NCBI GenBank assembly: GCA_965246825.1
Contig: OZ251990.1
Location: 3,894,541-3,958,540, forward strand
Length of the DNA: 64,000 nt
Direction: 5' to 3'
Source of the DNA: Chthonomonadaceae bacterium
Lineage (GTDB): Bacteria; Armatimonadota; Chthonomonadetes; Chthonomonadales; Chthonomonadaceae
How positions within the stretch are numbered: the stretch's first letter is position 1; every line of letters starts with the position of its first letter. Made by a program: the position numbers and the translations under genes. Shown in pieces: positions 39,528 through 48,559 of the stretch. Below the pieces are notes generated by a model that was not told the origin of the DNA, did no database searches, and was given only the letters and a program-made list of their open reading frames with translations.

Positions 39528-42485
39528 ATGTACCGTCCCCTTCGAAATGCGCTTTGGATGATGACGCTGTTGGTCCTCATCCTCACCCGGAATCCTGCCT
39601 GCGGGCAAACTCTTTCGATTCCCGCTCCCCAGCTCAACAAAATCATCTATGTTGCCAATGCGCTCTCGCACATTGACACCGACAAAACCCGCGAGAAAGC
39701 GGCGCAGGCGTTCTATGTTGTACAGCAGTACACTCAGTATCCCAATTCCGACCCGCGATTGGTGCTGAAATTGCTGAATCGCGCTCAGGACACCTTCGAC
39801 AAAAAGTACCGCTCGAACGCCAATTACAATGCTTATCGCTACCGCATGGTCTCTTATGAGGTTGTGGCGAATATGCTGAGTATTTTGGCGGCACAGCCGG
39901 GAAACGAAGTGCCGATTTCGCTGGTGAAAGAAGCCACCAACTTCGCCACCCTCGATGCAAACGGGCTGGGCGATCCGCAGACTCAGTATCTGGAAGCCAG
40001 CGCAATCGTCGGCAACAGCCGCATTGCAGGACGCTTTCAGAAATATCTGAACACCCAAATCGAAAACCTTTACGACCTGGGCCTCAGCAATCCCCGCGCT
40101 CAGGTGGTAGCCGATGTCTTTTTCGGGTCTTCGTTCAATGCCTACGTCGGCAACACCGCCTTGATGACCCTGAACGCCAACCCCGCGTTTCGGGACAGCG
40201 CGAACTTCCGCCCCCTCTTCCTTAAAATTGATCCGATTACCGGAGCCTTGAATGCCACCCGGGCCCAGATCAATCAAATCATCGCGGATTACCGGGCGCG
40301 AATGGCACAGGTCTTCACCGATAACATCGCCGTTCTCTCCACCTTGACCGCCCACCAGAAAACGGACTATTCGAGCTACCCTGCTTCCGCCCAGGCCGTC
40401 AGCGATCAGGCGGCAGTGGACGCCCGCAAAGCCCCCAATCTCGCCGCGCTTCAATCGGCCCCCGCGTTCAGTTATGTCACTCCGTTCACCATCGAACCCG
40501 ATCCGAAACACCAGGCTTACGAGCAGGCACGCGCTGTGCTTGATTTGGCCTCTAAAGTTGCCACTTTCGCTGCCGATGTGACGGAGGCGGCCTCTCCTGC
40601 GGGCTTGCTCGAAAGCGAAGCCCCCGCCGTTCGCGCCGTCGCTTCAGGAATTGATGTGGCGGGAGCCGCGATGGATGTGGCGGAAGCCTTCGGTGCATTC
40701 GGCAAATCCAATGATGAAGTCATCATGGACGGCATCAATCAGCTCAGCAGTCAGATGGCATCTTTTCAAAACCAGATCAATGGCCGCCTCGACATCATTG
40801 ACCAGAATATCGCCAATCTTTACAGCGCGGTCAACACGCAGTTTGCCGGAATTCGCGATACACTGGCGAACATCTCCAGCACCCTCGCCCAGCTCCAAAG
40901 CCAGGTCATCGGGATGCAGAGCAGTCTGTTCAACCTTCAATCCAGTCTGGATCGCCTGACGCAGAATATCTATGAGTTTGCAAGCCAAGCGGTACGTCAG
41001 CCGCTTAAAAACGACCTCGCAACGATTGATACCTATGTCCGCAACTCGCTCACGATCACGCAGTCGGACTACACCGGGCTTTACAGCCGCACGAAACAGT
41101 ACGCCACCGGAACCGTTTTCGATGCCGCCGAGATTGGAACGGCCCTGAACGGAAGGGCCTACGACGATCTGAGCGTCAAAAACGAACTCAACAGCCCCAA
41201 TCCCGAATGGAACCTGAACTACGCGCTGGAGTTTGCCCGCCGCCGCTTCGGGCCAGGACGCACCGGAACCGATGCCGCCAATTTCAGTGCTGTAACGGCC
41301 CTCGGCCCCTCCGGTCAATTGATTGCCAACCCACGCGGCTGGGAAATGAGCGTGTCGGGCATGATCCGTCTCGCCTCTCAATATCCCGATCTCTATGCCG
41401 CGACCACACTCACGGATACGCCCAACTCCAATCAGGGCTTTTTCGGAACCCAGCTGGTCGGTGCTCAGATTCAAGGGGCGGCGGCAGGAACGACTCTGCA
41501 AACCGCAGCGGGCGGGGCCACCGTGCTCAGTCCCCTTTTTCCAAACCTGCTGAAACACCAGAGCCTTCAGGCACAGCGGCTGATTACCGCACTCCAGGCT
41601 CTTGCGGCGGAAACGCCCACCGACCTCACCAGCGTGGTCGCCCGGGTGAGAACGCAGTGGACAACCACCAGTCCCACACCGAACGGCATCAATCTGCAAA
41701 CCGCGATCAAAGCCCTCAGCGGCAGCCGATCCCTGCTCAACACCTTTGTGACCTTCGGACTTTCCCGCACCCTCTCCAGCAACGATCTGCTCAGTTCCCT
41801 GCTCTACAGCCCGCAGCGGCTGCCCGACGATGAACTGGTTAAATCGCTTTACGACGGCTGGGCTTCAGGACAGCCTGATCCGCTGACCATTTTCCAAAGC
41901 TCTCAGTCAACGCGGCAGGCGAACTTCACCGCCTTGCTGAACACGATTCTGACTGGGCTTTTCGCTCAAACCGCAGGACGACCGGCAGCGGGCGAAACGG
42001 TTCCGTCGGTGGAGATTATGCTGCGCCGCCTCGATCCCTTCACCAATGTGAAGGTCACGATGACGGTCACCCCCGGTTCGGGTCAATTTATTGCGGGCGA
42101 CCCCCTCCTGTTCACCTTCCGCTCCTCGGATGCCGTCTACCCGGTTTCTCTGCTTCCCGATCCCGTCAGCGGCAAATACAGTGTTTCGGTTCCTCCGGGC
42201 TACTACAGCGTTGCCATCAAAGCCAGCCGCTTTCTGCAGCGGGTAATCGCCGATGTCAATACGCTCACCGGGCCGAAAGCAATTTCCGCCAGCCTGCTGG
42301 TCGGCGATGTTTTCAACGATAACCGCATTGACAATCGGGATCTGATCGCCCTCCGCAATGCCCTCGGCTCCAGCGCGAACAGTCCGAATTGGAACCCGCT
42401 CGCCGACCTCAACGGAGACGGCGTAGTGAACATGACCGACTTCAATCTGCTGCGCACCAACTACGGGCGCGTCGGCGACCCGTAA
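39528..42485 (+). CDS. large secreted protein (985 aa) with coiled-coil region and C-terminal dockerin-like domain
   Basis: Strong AGGAGGAA ribosome-binding site. Signal peptide MYRPLRNALWMMTLLVLILTRNPACGQ. C-terminus DNRDLIALRNALGS...DLNGDGVVNMTDFNLLRTNYG (paired dockerin-type Ca-binding repeats). Confidence 0.55.
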   Translation: MYRPLRNALWMMTLLVLILTRNPACGQTLSIPAPQLNKIIYVANALSHIDTDKTREKAAQAFYVVQQYTQYPNSDPRLVLKLLNRAQDTFDKKYRSNANYNAYRYRMVSYEVVANMLSILAAQPGNEVPISLVKEATNFATLDANGLGDPQTQYLEASAIVGNSRIAGRFQKYLNTQIENLYDLGLSNPRAQVVADVFFGSSFNAYVGNTALMTLNANPAFRDSANFRPLFLKIDPITGALNATRAQINQIIADYRARMAQVFTDNIAVLSTLTAHQKTDYSSYPASAQAVSDQAAVDARKAPNLAALQSAPAFSYVTPFTIEPDPKHQAYEQARAVLDLASKVATFAADVTEAASPAGLLESEAPAVRAVASGIDVAGAAMDVAEAFGAFGKSNDEVIMDGINQLSSQMASFQNQINGRLDIIDQNIANLYSAVNTQFAGIRDTLANISSTLAQLQSQVIGMQSSLFNLQSSLDRLTQNIYEFASQAVRQPLKNDLATIDTYVRNSLTITQSDYTGLYSRTKQYATGTVFDAAEIGTALNGRAYDDLSVKNELNSPNPEWNLNYALEFARRRFGPGRTGTDAANFSAVTALGPSGQLIANPRGWEMSVSGMIRLASQYPDLYAATTLTDTPNSNQGFFGTQLVGAQIQGAAAGTTLQTAAGGATVLSPLFPNLLKHQSLQAQRLITALQALAAETPTDLTSVVARVRTQWTTTSPTPNGINLQTAIKALSGSRSLLNTFVTFGLSRTLSSNDLLSSLLYSPQRLPDDELVKSLYDGWASGQPDPLTIFQSSQSTRQANFTALLNTILTGLFAQTAGRPAAGETVPSVEIMLRRLDPFTNVKVTMTVTPGSGQFIAGDPLLFTFRSSDAVYPVSLLPDPVSGKYSVSVPPGYYSVAIKASRFLQRVIADVNTLTGPKAISASLLVGDVFNDNRIDNRDLIALRNALGSSANSPNWNPLADLNGDGVVNMTDFNLLRTNYGRVGDP

Positions 42486-42591
42486 CCGTTTCTCTTTGTT
42501 CTTGACTTTTTTCTTTCGCGGCTCCGGTTTTTTGCCCAGGCAGCCGATCCGTCCAAAGGAGAAAAGTCCAACCCTGAAAGCGAATTTTGAA

Positions 42592-43221
42592 ATGCTGACA
42601 AGAAAAATTCATCTCATCGGCGGGAGTGCGCTGGCACTACTCGGCATGGGAATCGGAGCGAACGCGCAGGTGCTGCAATTCACCCCGCCCCGTGCCTCCG
42701 ACAACACAAATCACCTGATTACCTTCAGTTTGACGGTGGACAGGGGGGCTGCGCCTGCAGTCGCTTGGGGAACCGACCTTACCCTGGCCGACCCTTCCAC
42801 CCTGCAATTCGTTTCCGATTTCGGCGGAGCGGGAAAGCCGTTTCTTTCCACACAGCCGTTTTTCGATCTCGACCTCAGCAGTGCCTTCACCCCTGGCAGT
42901 GCAACGCTGAATCTGAACTTTCTCAATTCCGTCTCCGGGCTGACGCTGGGGGGAACCGGCTCGGTGGTTTTAGGCCAGTTTCAGGTGCGCGTCTTAAAAG
43001 ACCCCGGTCTTTCCGGTTCGGTGATTTCGATTGCCGACCTCGCCACGCCTCCGCTCGGCTCCGCGCTGGAAGACGCCGACGGCAACAATCTGCTCGTCGG
43101 CGTCTCCAGCGGGCTGGTGACCCAGAAGTTCCCCTCCCCGGAACCGGAGGGGTGGCTTGCGATGGCCAGTGGTTCCGCGATGTCCCTGTACCTGCTCCGC
43201 CGCAAGCGAAGCCGGGCCTGA
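42592..43221 (+). CDS. PEP-CTERM sorting-domain protein
   Basis: Signal peptide, then C-terminal ...FPSPEPEGWLAMASGSAMSLYLLRRKRSRA (PEP motif, TM helix, basic tail). Confidence 0.6.
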   Translation: MLTRKIHLIGGSALALLGMGIGANAQVLQFTPPRASDNTNHLITFSLTVDRGAAPAVAWGTDLTLADPSTLQFVSDFGGAGKPFLSTQPFFDLDLSSAFTPGSATLNLNFLNSVSGLTLGGTGSVVLGQFQVRVLKDPGLSGSVISIADLATPPLGSALEDADGNNLLVGVSSGLVTQKFPSPEPEGWLAMASGSAMSLYLLRRKRSRA

Positions 43222-43298
43222 TCGGTTTTTGGGATGCCTTTCAAGTGCTATTTCTGTGTTTTGTCTGAGTGATGTGTTTCAGTAAAAGGAGTTCTATT

Positions 43299-45920
43299 GT
43301 GCAGCGCAAACTTTCTCTTCTCGCCCCTCTGATGGCTTTGGCCGCCTCCGGCGTCGCCGCTCAAACCGTGGCCCCGGTTCCTTCTCTGATGAATTTTCAG
43401 GGACGTCTCGCCAAGCCCGACGGCACTCCCGTTGCCGACGGGGTTTACAGCATTCGCTTTTCTCTTTGGGATGCCGCGACGGGTGGAAACGAAAAGTGGA
43501 ACCAGACCGTTTCCCCCGTCAATGTTCGTAACGGCACGTTCGCGACCCTGCTCAATGTGGGCAGCGGGCCTTCCGACCTCTTTGCCGACAACCGCTGGCT
43601 GGAAATAAAAATCGGCACAAATGCCCCGCTGACAAACCGGCAGCAGCTTGTGTCGGTGGCGTTTGCCCTTAAAGCGAACACGGTTCCCGACAATTCAATT
43701 ACCGCTGCCAAAATCGCCGACGGTACGATCACTGCCACCAAACTTTCCACCGGCCTGACGGTTACACCCGGCGGGGCGGCGGGCGGTGACCTCACCGGCA
43801 TCTATCCCAACCCCACCCTTGCCACGCTGGGCACTTCCCTCTACAAAGTCTCCGGTACGCTGATGTCGGCGACCAATACGAGCCTGACGGTGGATCAATC
43901 GCAGACAAACGCGCCGCTGCTCATCACCGATTATGGCTGGCAGTCTTTTACGCCCGCCGCAAACAGCAAACTGACGAGCCTCGACATCTGGATCGGAACC
44001 TCCACCGGAGTCGCCCATGGAGCCACTCTGACGATTTACGCCGGAGAGGGAAATACCGGAACGGTGCTTCAGTCGCAAACGGTGAACGTTCAGCCGACAA
44101 TCGGTTTTCAGCATTTCGATCTCAGCACCTCGGTCGCTTTGGCGGCGGGTCTGAAATACACTTACTCGATTGGCTCTTATGCCCCGCTCCGTCTGGGCTA
44201 CTCCACCGGCAATCCCTATCCCAATGGGAAAGCCGATGCTGGGGACACGCTGGACTACGCCTTCCGAACCTACATTCAGGCCTCTGCCAGTTCCCAGCTG
44301 ACGGCACTGGCTCCGTTTCTTTTCTCGAACACCACGCAGGCTTCCGAGCGTTTCCGATTGAGCGGGCAGGAGTATTATCAGGCATCGAACACCTCGGCAG
44401 ACGGCATCTCGTTTATTCTGGGCTTAAACCGCGCCAACAACCGTCAGCTGTGGATTATGGACAGTGCCCGCCTGACCCCCAATATGGTCAACTCTTCGCT
44501 GCAGCTCTCTCCGGGCGGAGACCTCTATCCCTCGGCGATCAATGCGATGTCCTCGGACGGAAACACCCCTCAAACGCTCACGCTTCAGCCCGGCGGCGGC
44601 AGTCTCGGAATTGGAACCTACTCGCCGACCACCAAACTGGACGTGAACGGCAACCTCTCCCTGACGGACACCGGAAGCATCGCCATCGCCTTTAAGGGCA
44701 ACGGCGAAATCAGCGCGGATACGGGCATCGGGCATCCCGGTGACGGGCAACTCACCTTCTGGGCCGATGCAGGGGAGCAGATGCGCTTGAAGGGAGGGAA
44801 CTTCGGCATTGGCACGAACAACCCGGAAAAACGGCTTCATGTGGCGGGCGATGTTTTGCTGAACAACACCAATATCCTTTATGGAAAAAACTCTGCCGGA
44901 GCGAACGAAGGGGTGCTCTGGCCCCGCTGGAGCGACAACGGAACTTACCTCAACTTTGGAACAGGCGGCTTTTTCATCCGCTCCAACGACAGCATCCCTC
45001 GGATGTTCGTCACCAATTCGGGAAACGTTGGAATTGGAACAACTAGTCCGGGCGCGAAATTCGATGTGCGCGGCGGCAGTGCCGTCGTCACCAATGCTTC
45101 CGGGGCGAATCGCGTTATCAGCGGGCTGAATACCGGGGTAGACGCGGGCTATTTCCAGATCATCAACGGCAATAACAATCTAATTGCCGGTTTCGGTGGA
45201 GACAACAACGGCGGCAGTCTGTATGTACGGGACGGGGCGAATGCGACCAAATTTTCTGTTGACGCCAGCGGGTATGTCAATGCAGCAAATGGAGGCAGCT
45301 TCGGTAATGTCACCTTGCACAATGCGGGCAACTACAGCGCGATCCGCGCTTACAACAGCTCTCCCATCGTGAACGGAGTGAGCTACCCAACCATTTACGC
45401 CCAAAACTACAGCGGCGGACTGGCACTGTTTGCCGTTGGAGCGATTGGTTCCAGCATCAAAAACTTCATCATTGACCACCCGCTCGATCCGGGAAACAAA
45501 TACCTCGTTCATGCGAGCGTAGAAAGCGACAAGGCGCAAAATATGTACAATGGAACCGTTAAACTTGACGCAGAAGGCAAAGCCTGGGTGAAACTCCCCG
45601 ATTGGTTTGAGGCTCTCAACAAAGATTTTACCTATCAGCTGACCTGCATCGGCGGCTATGCTCAGGTTTATATCGCGCACGAAGTAAAGGACAATCAATT
45701 CCAGATTGCGGGCGGAGGGCCGAACATGAAGGTTTCCTGGCAGGTGACCGGGGTTCGCCACGACGCCTACATCAATGCTTACCCGATGAGTGTGGTGCAG
45801 GACAAAGGCGCGGATCGCGGCAAATATCTGAACCCTGTCCTGTTCGGGCAGCCCGCCTCCAAAGGCGGCGTCATGCAGGCCCCCGCAGCCCCGATCACCC
45901 CCGCACAGGAAAATAAATAG
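43299..45920 (+). CDS. large secreted protein (873 aa), fibre/adhesin-like, function unknown
   Basis: Start set to GTG 43299, 7 nt after an AAAGGAG ribosome-binding site, which gives signal peptide KLSLLAPLMALAASGVAAQ. Gly/Asn/Thr-rich beta-type repeats and a distinct ~150-aa C-terminal domain (IIDHPLDPGNKYLVHASVESD...). Confidence 0.5.
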   Translation: MQRKLSLLAPLMALAASGVAAQTVAPVPSLMNFQGRLAKPDGTPVADGVYSIRFSLWDAATGGNEKWNQTVSPVNVRNGTFATLLNVGSGPSDLFADNRWLEIKIGTNAPLTNRQQLVSVAFALKANTVPDNSITAAKIADGTITATKLSTGLTVTPGGAAGGDLTGIYPNPTLATLGTSLYKVSGTLMSATNTSLTVDQSQTNAPLLITDYGWQSFTPAANSKLTSLDIWIGTSTGVAHGATLTIYAGEGNTGTVLQSQTVNVQPTIGFQHFDLSTSVALAAGLKYTYSIGSYAPLRLGYSTGNPYPNGKADAGDTLDYAFRTYIQASASSQLTALAPFLFSNTTQASERFRLSGQEYYQASNTSADGISFILGLNRANNRQLWIMDSARLTPNMVNSSLQLSPGGDLYPSAINAMSSDGNTPQTLTLQPGGGSLGIGTYSPTTKLDVNGNLSLTDTGSIAIAFKGNGEISADTGIGHPGDGQLTFWADAGEQMRLKGGNFGIGTNNPEKRLHVAGDVLLNNTNILYGKNSAGANEGVLWPRWSDNGTYLNFGTGGFFIRSNDSIPRMFVTNSGNVGIGTTSPGAKFDVRGGSAVVTNASGANRVISGLNTGVDAGYFQIINGNNNLIAGFGGDNNGGSLYVRDGANATKFSVDASGYVNAANGGSFGNVTLHNAGNYSAIRAYNSSPIVNGVSYPTIYAQNYSGGLALFAVGAIGSSIKNFIIDHPLDPGNKYLVHASVESDKAQNMYNGTVKLDAEGKAWVKLPDWFEALNKDFTYQLTCIGGYAQVYIAHEVKDNQFQIAGGGPNMKVSWQVTGVRHDAYINAYPMSVVQDKGADRGKYLNPVLFGQPASKGGVMQAPAAPITPAQENK

Positions 45921-45928
45921 GGCAGCGC

Positions 45929-45977
45929 AGTCAGCGGTTTTCTCCTCACGAAAACCGCTGACTCTGCACATTTTTTT
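45929..45977 (+). terminator. terminator-like hairpin after the 873-aa secreted protein gene
   Basis: AGTCAGCGGTTTT-ctcctcacg-AAAACCGCTGACT, with a T7 run 7 nt downstream. Confidence 0.4.
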
Positions 45978-45999
45978 CAGATTGTGTCTGTGTTCCCTC

Positions 46000-46059
46000 C
46001 TTGGGCAAAGAAACACCGCAAACGCAGGCTCCTTTTCTCGCGGTGTTTCTTTGCCCAAG
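46000..46059. repeat. 20-bp perfect inverted repeat (CTTGGGCAAAGAAACACCGC / GCGGTGTTTCTTTGCCCAAG)
   Basis: The arms are separated by a 20-nt loop. It ends ~20 nt before the start of the dockerin-protein gene. Confidence 0.6.
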
Positions 46060-46078
46060 ACCCTCCAGGAGATTTGCC

Positions 46079-46831
46079 ATGTTTCGACATTCTCATTTTT
46101 CTTTGCGCGTTCTCAGCCCGATTGCCCTCAGTCTCCCCGTGCTGGGAGGGCTTACCCTTTCGCCCGCTGCGTTCGCGCAGGCTCCCGGCATTGCGTTTTA
46201 CGAGTTTTCGTCCTGCGCCCTCGACTTCGCTCCCTCAGGCACGCCGCCCCTCTCCCTCCAAGCCACCCTCGGCCAAACCTTGGTCACCGTTGACCCGCCC
46301 ACCCCTCCCGACCAGACCCGCGCCGCCCTCGGCTTTTGGGAAACCGGCGTTCCCTTTCTCTACCAAACCCAGGTTGACCTCGAAGGCTTTGTCGGCAGAA
46401 CCGCCGCTCCCCTCCGCTCCCTTCCCTTCACCTTTCAGCTTCTCGACGCTTCCGGCACACTGATCGACCAGATCGAGGCCTTCCCCGCTTCCACCAACGC
46501 CCAAAACTCCGCCAACTTCGCCGTCTCCTCCTGGGCCAACCCCGCTTTTGTCGCTTCCCTCACCGCCAAAGGCGACCGCTGGCTGAGGCAGAAAAAGGCG
46601 AGCACCCTTTCAGCCGCTGGCTCTCCGGGAGCGGCGTTCGCGCTTTTGGCGGGCGACGCGAACAACAACAATGTCGTGGATGTAGACGACCTCACCCTTT
46701 TGCTCAACCTCTACAACACGGCGGCGGGGGACGGTCTTTATCTTGCCGCCGCCGACTTCACCGGAAACGGAACGGTGGATGTGGACGACCTCACCCTTTT
46801 GCTCCACAACTACAACACCAACGGAAACTAA
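46079..46831 (+). CDS. secreted protein with C-terminal dockerin repeats
   Basis: AGGAG ribosome-binding site, then ATG 46079. Signal peptide, then GDANNNNVVDVDDLTLLLNLYN and ADFTGNGTVDVDDLTLLLHNYN (dockerin type-I-like duplicated repeats). Confidence 0.55.
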   Translation: MFRHSHFSLRVLSPIALSLPVLGGLTLSPAAFAQAPGIAFYEFSSCALDFAPSGTPPLSLQATLGQTLVTVDPPTPPDQTRAALGFWETGVPFLYQTQVDLEGFVGRTAAPLRSLPFTFQLLDASGTLIDQIEAFPASTNAQNSANFAVSSWANPAFVASLTAKGDRWLRQKKASTLSAAGSPGAAFALLAGDANNNNVVDVDDLTLLLNLYNTAAGDGLYLAAADFTGNGTVDVDDLTLLLHNYNTNGN

Positions 46832-46863
46832 ACCGATCCGAAAGAGGACATTTCGACTAGAAA

Positions 46864-46896
46864 AGCGAGCGGCTTCCAAAAGGGAAGCCGCTCGCT
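46864..46896. terminator. bidirectional hairpin terminator between convergent genes
   Basis: AGCGAGCGGCTTCC-aaaag-GGAAGCCGCTCGCT flanked by AAAA and TTT. Confidence 0.5.
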
Positions 46897-46925
46897 TTAG
46901 CAAAGTGCCGATAAAGTTTCTTCTC

Positions 46926-48461
46926 TTAAATGGGCTGGGAGAGGCGGGTGATCTCGGCGAAATCGGCTTTGAGATGGGTGTACAGCGAGCGGTAAAGCGG
47001 ATAATAGGCGTCGTAGCGGGCTTTGTTCGCGGCGTTCGAGGCCGTTTCGCTGTTGACGCGAATGGTGGTTCGGCAGGCTTCCTCGACCGAGGGGTAAACC
47101 CCGGTCCCCACCCCGGCCAGCAGAGCCGCTCCCAATGCAGGGCCTTCGTCCACATCAATCGTGACATGAGGATAGCCGGTGACATCCGCTTGAATCTGCC
47201 GCCAGAGCGGGCTTCGCGCCCCGCCGCCGGACGCCCTCACCTGCGTGATGGGAATTTGCATTTCTTCCATGATCGCAAACGAGTCGCGCAGCCCAAACGA
47301 AACGCCCTCCAGCACGGCGCGGGCCGTATGCGCTTTCGTGGTTCGGCGAGTCAGCCCGAAAAAGACGCCGCGAGCATTGGCATCGGGATAGGGGGTGCGC
47401 TCACCGGTGAGGTAGGGCAGAAAAATCAATCCCTCTGCTCCGACGGAGACGGTGGCGGCTTCATCGCAGATAATCTCATAAGGGTCTTTGAGAAGTGTGG
47501 AAGCAATCGCTTTTTCCGGGTGGCAGAAGGTGTCTCGATACCACTGCAGCGATCCGCCTGCCGAGAGCATAACGCCCATGAGATGCCATTTGCCGGGAAC
47601 CGCATGGCAGAAAGTGTGCATTCGCAGGTCTTTATCTACGGTCGGGGCTTCGCTGAAAGCAAATACCACCCCCGATGTTCCGGTGACCGCCGACACGATC
47701 CCGCTTTCGACAATGCCGTTTCCGACGGCTCCCGCCGCCTGATCGCCGCCGCCGCCGACTACCGGAGTGCCGGGCTTCAGCCCGGTGAGTGCCGCTGCCC
47801 GCTCCGAAATTTTTCCGCTGACCTCGACCGACTCAAAGGAGCGCGGCATCCAGTCTTTTGGAATTCCCACTGCTTCGAGCACCTCTTCAGACCAGTTTCG
47901 CTTTTTAACGTTAAACAGGGCCGTGCCCGATGCATCCGAAACTTCGGTGGCGTATTCCCCGGTCAGCGTTAAGCGGACGTAATCTTTCGGCAGCAGAACT
48001 TTCGCAACCCGTGCGTACTGCTCCGGTTCGTGCCTGCGCAGCCAGAGGATTTTCGGAGCCGTGAAGCCGGTGAGTACGGGATTGGAGATTTCTTCTGTAA
48101 GACGATCCTCCCCCACCGTGCGGGTCATCTCCTCACACTCCGCCTGAGTGCGCTGATCGTTCCAGAGTATCGCGGGCCGGATCACTTCGCCGTCGGCATC
48201 CAGAAAAACGGAGCCGTGCATCTGTCCCGATAATCCGACACCGCGAACTTCTGCCGGGGAAACCGCCGACTTTTCCAGCACTTCCCGGATCGTGGCAAAG
48301 GCGGCATCACGCCAGTGGTGCGGGTTTTGCTCGCTCCAGAGCGGACGGGGAGAATCAAGCGGATACTCGCGCAGGGCACGTGCCTTCACCTGTCCGGTTT
48401 CGTCAATCAGAATGGTTTTGGTTCCACTCGTGCCAATATCAACTCCGATGAGAAAGGGCAT
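46926..48461 (-). CDS. xylB: xylulokinase (FGGY carbohydrate kinase)
   Basis: MPFLIGVDIGTSGTKTILID and the FGGY N/C signatures. Confidence 0.8.
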   Translation of the reverse strand: MPFLIGVDIGTSGTKTILIDETGQVKARALREYPLDSPRPLWSEQNPHHWRDAAFATIREVLEKSAVSPAEVRGVGLSGQMHGSVFLDADGEVIRPAILWNDQRTQAECEEMTRTVGEDRLTEEISNPVLTGFTAPKILWLRRHEPEQYARVAKVLLPKDYVRLTLTGEYATEVSDASGTALFNVKKRNWSEEVLEAVGIPKDWMPRSFESVEVSGKISERAAALTGLKPGTPVVGGGGDQAAGAVGNGIVESGIVSAVTGTSGVVFAFSEAPTVDKDLRMHTFCHAVPGKWHLMGVMLSAGGSLQWYRDTFCHPEKAIASTLLKDPYEIICDEAATVSVGAEGLIFLPYLTGERTPYPDANARGVFFGLTRRTTKAHTARAVLEGVSFGLRDSFAIMEEMQIPITQVRASGGGARSPLWRQIQADVTGYPHVTIDVDEGPALGAALLAGVGTGVYPSVEEACRTTIRVNSETASNAANKARYDAYYPLYRSLYTHLKADFAEITRLSQPI

Positions 48462-48559
48462 AAAAAACTCCAGAGTAGGGAACAGGGGTAAGGGAGCAGG
48501 AAAAACTCAGTGCCAGGACTCGATCTGGCTTCTGATCCCTTATTCCCAACCCCGATTCC

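Noticed and set aside
46743-47972. 409-aa plus-strand ORF
   Set aside because: Antisense to the xylulokinase gene. Shadow ORF.
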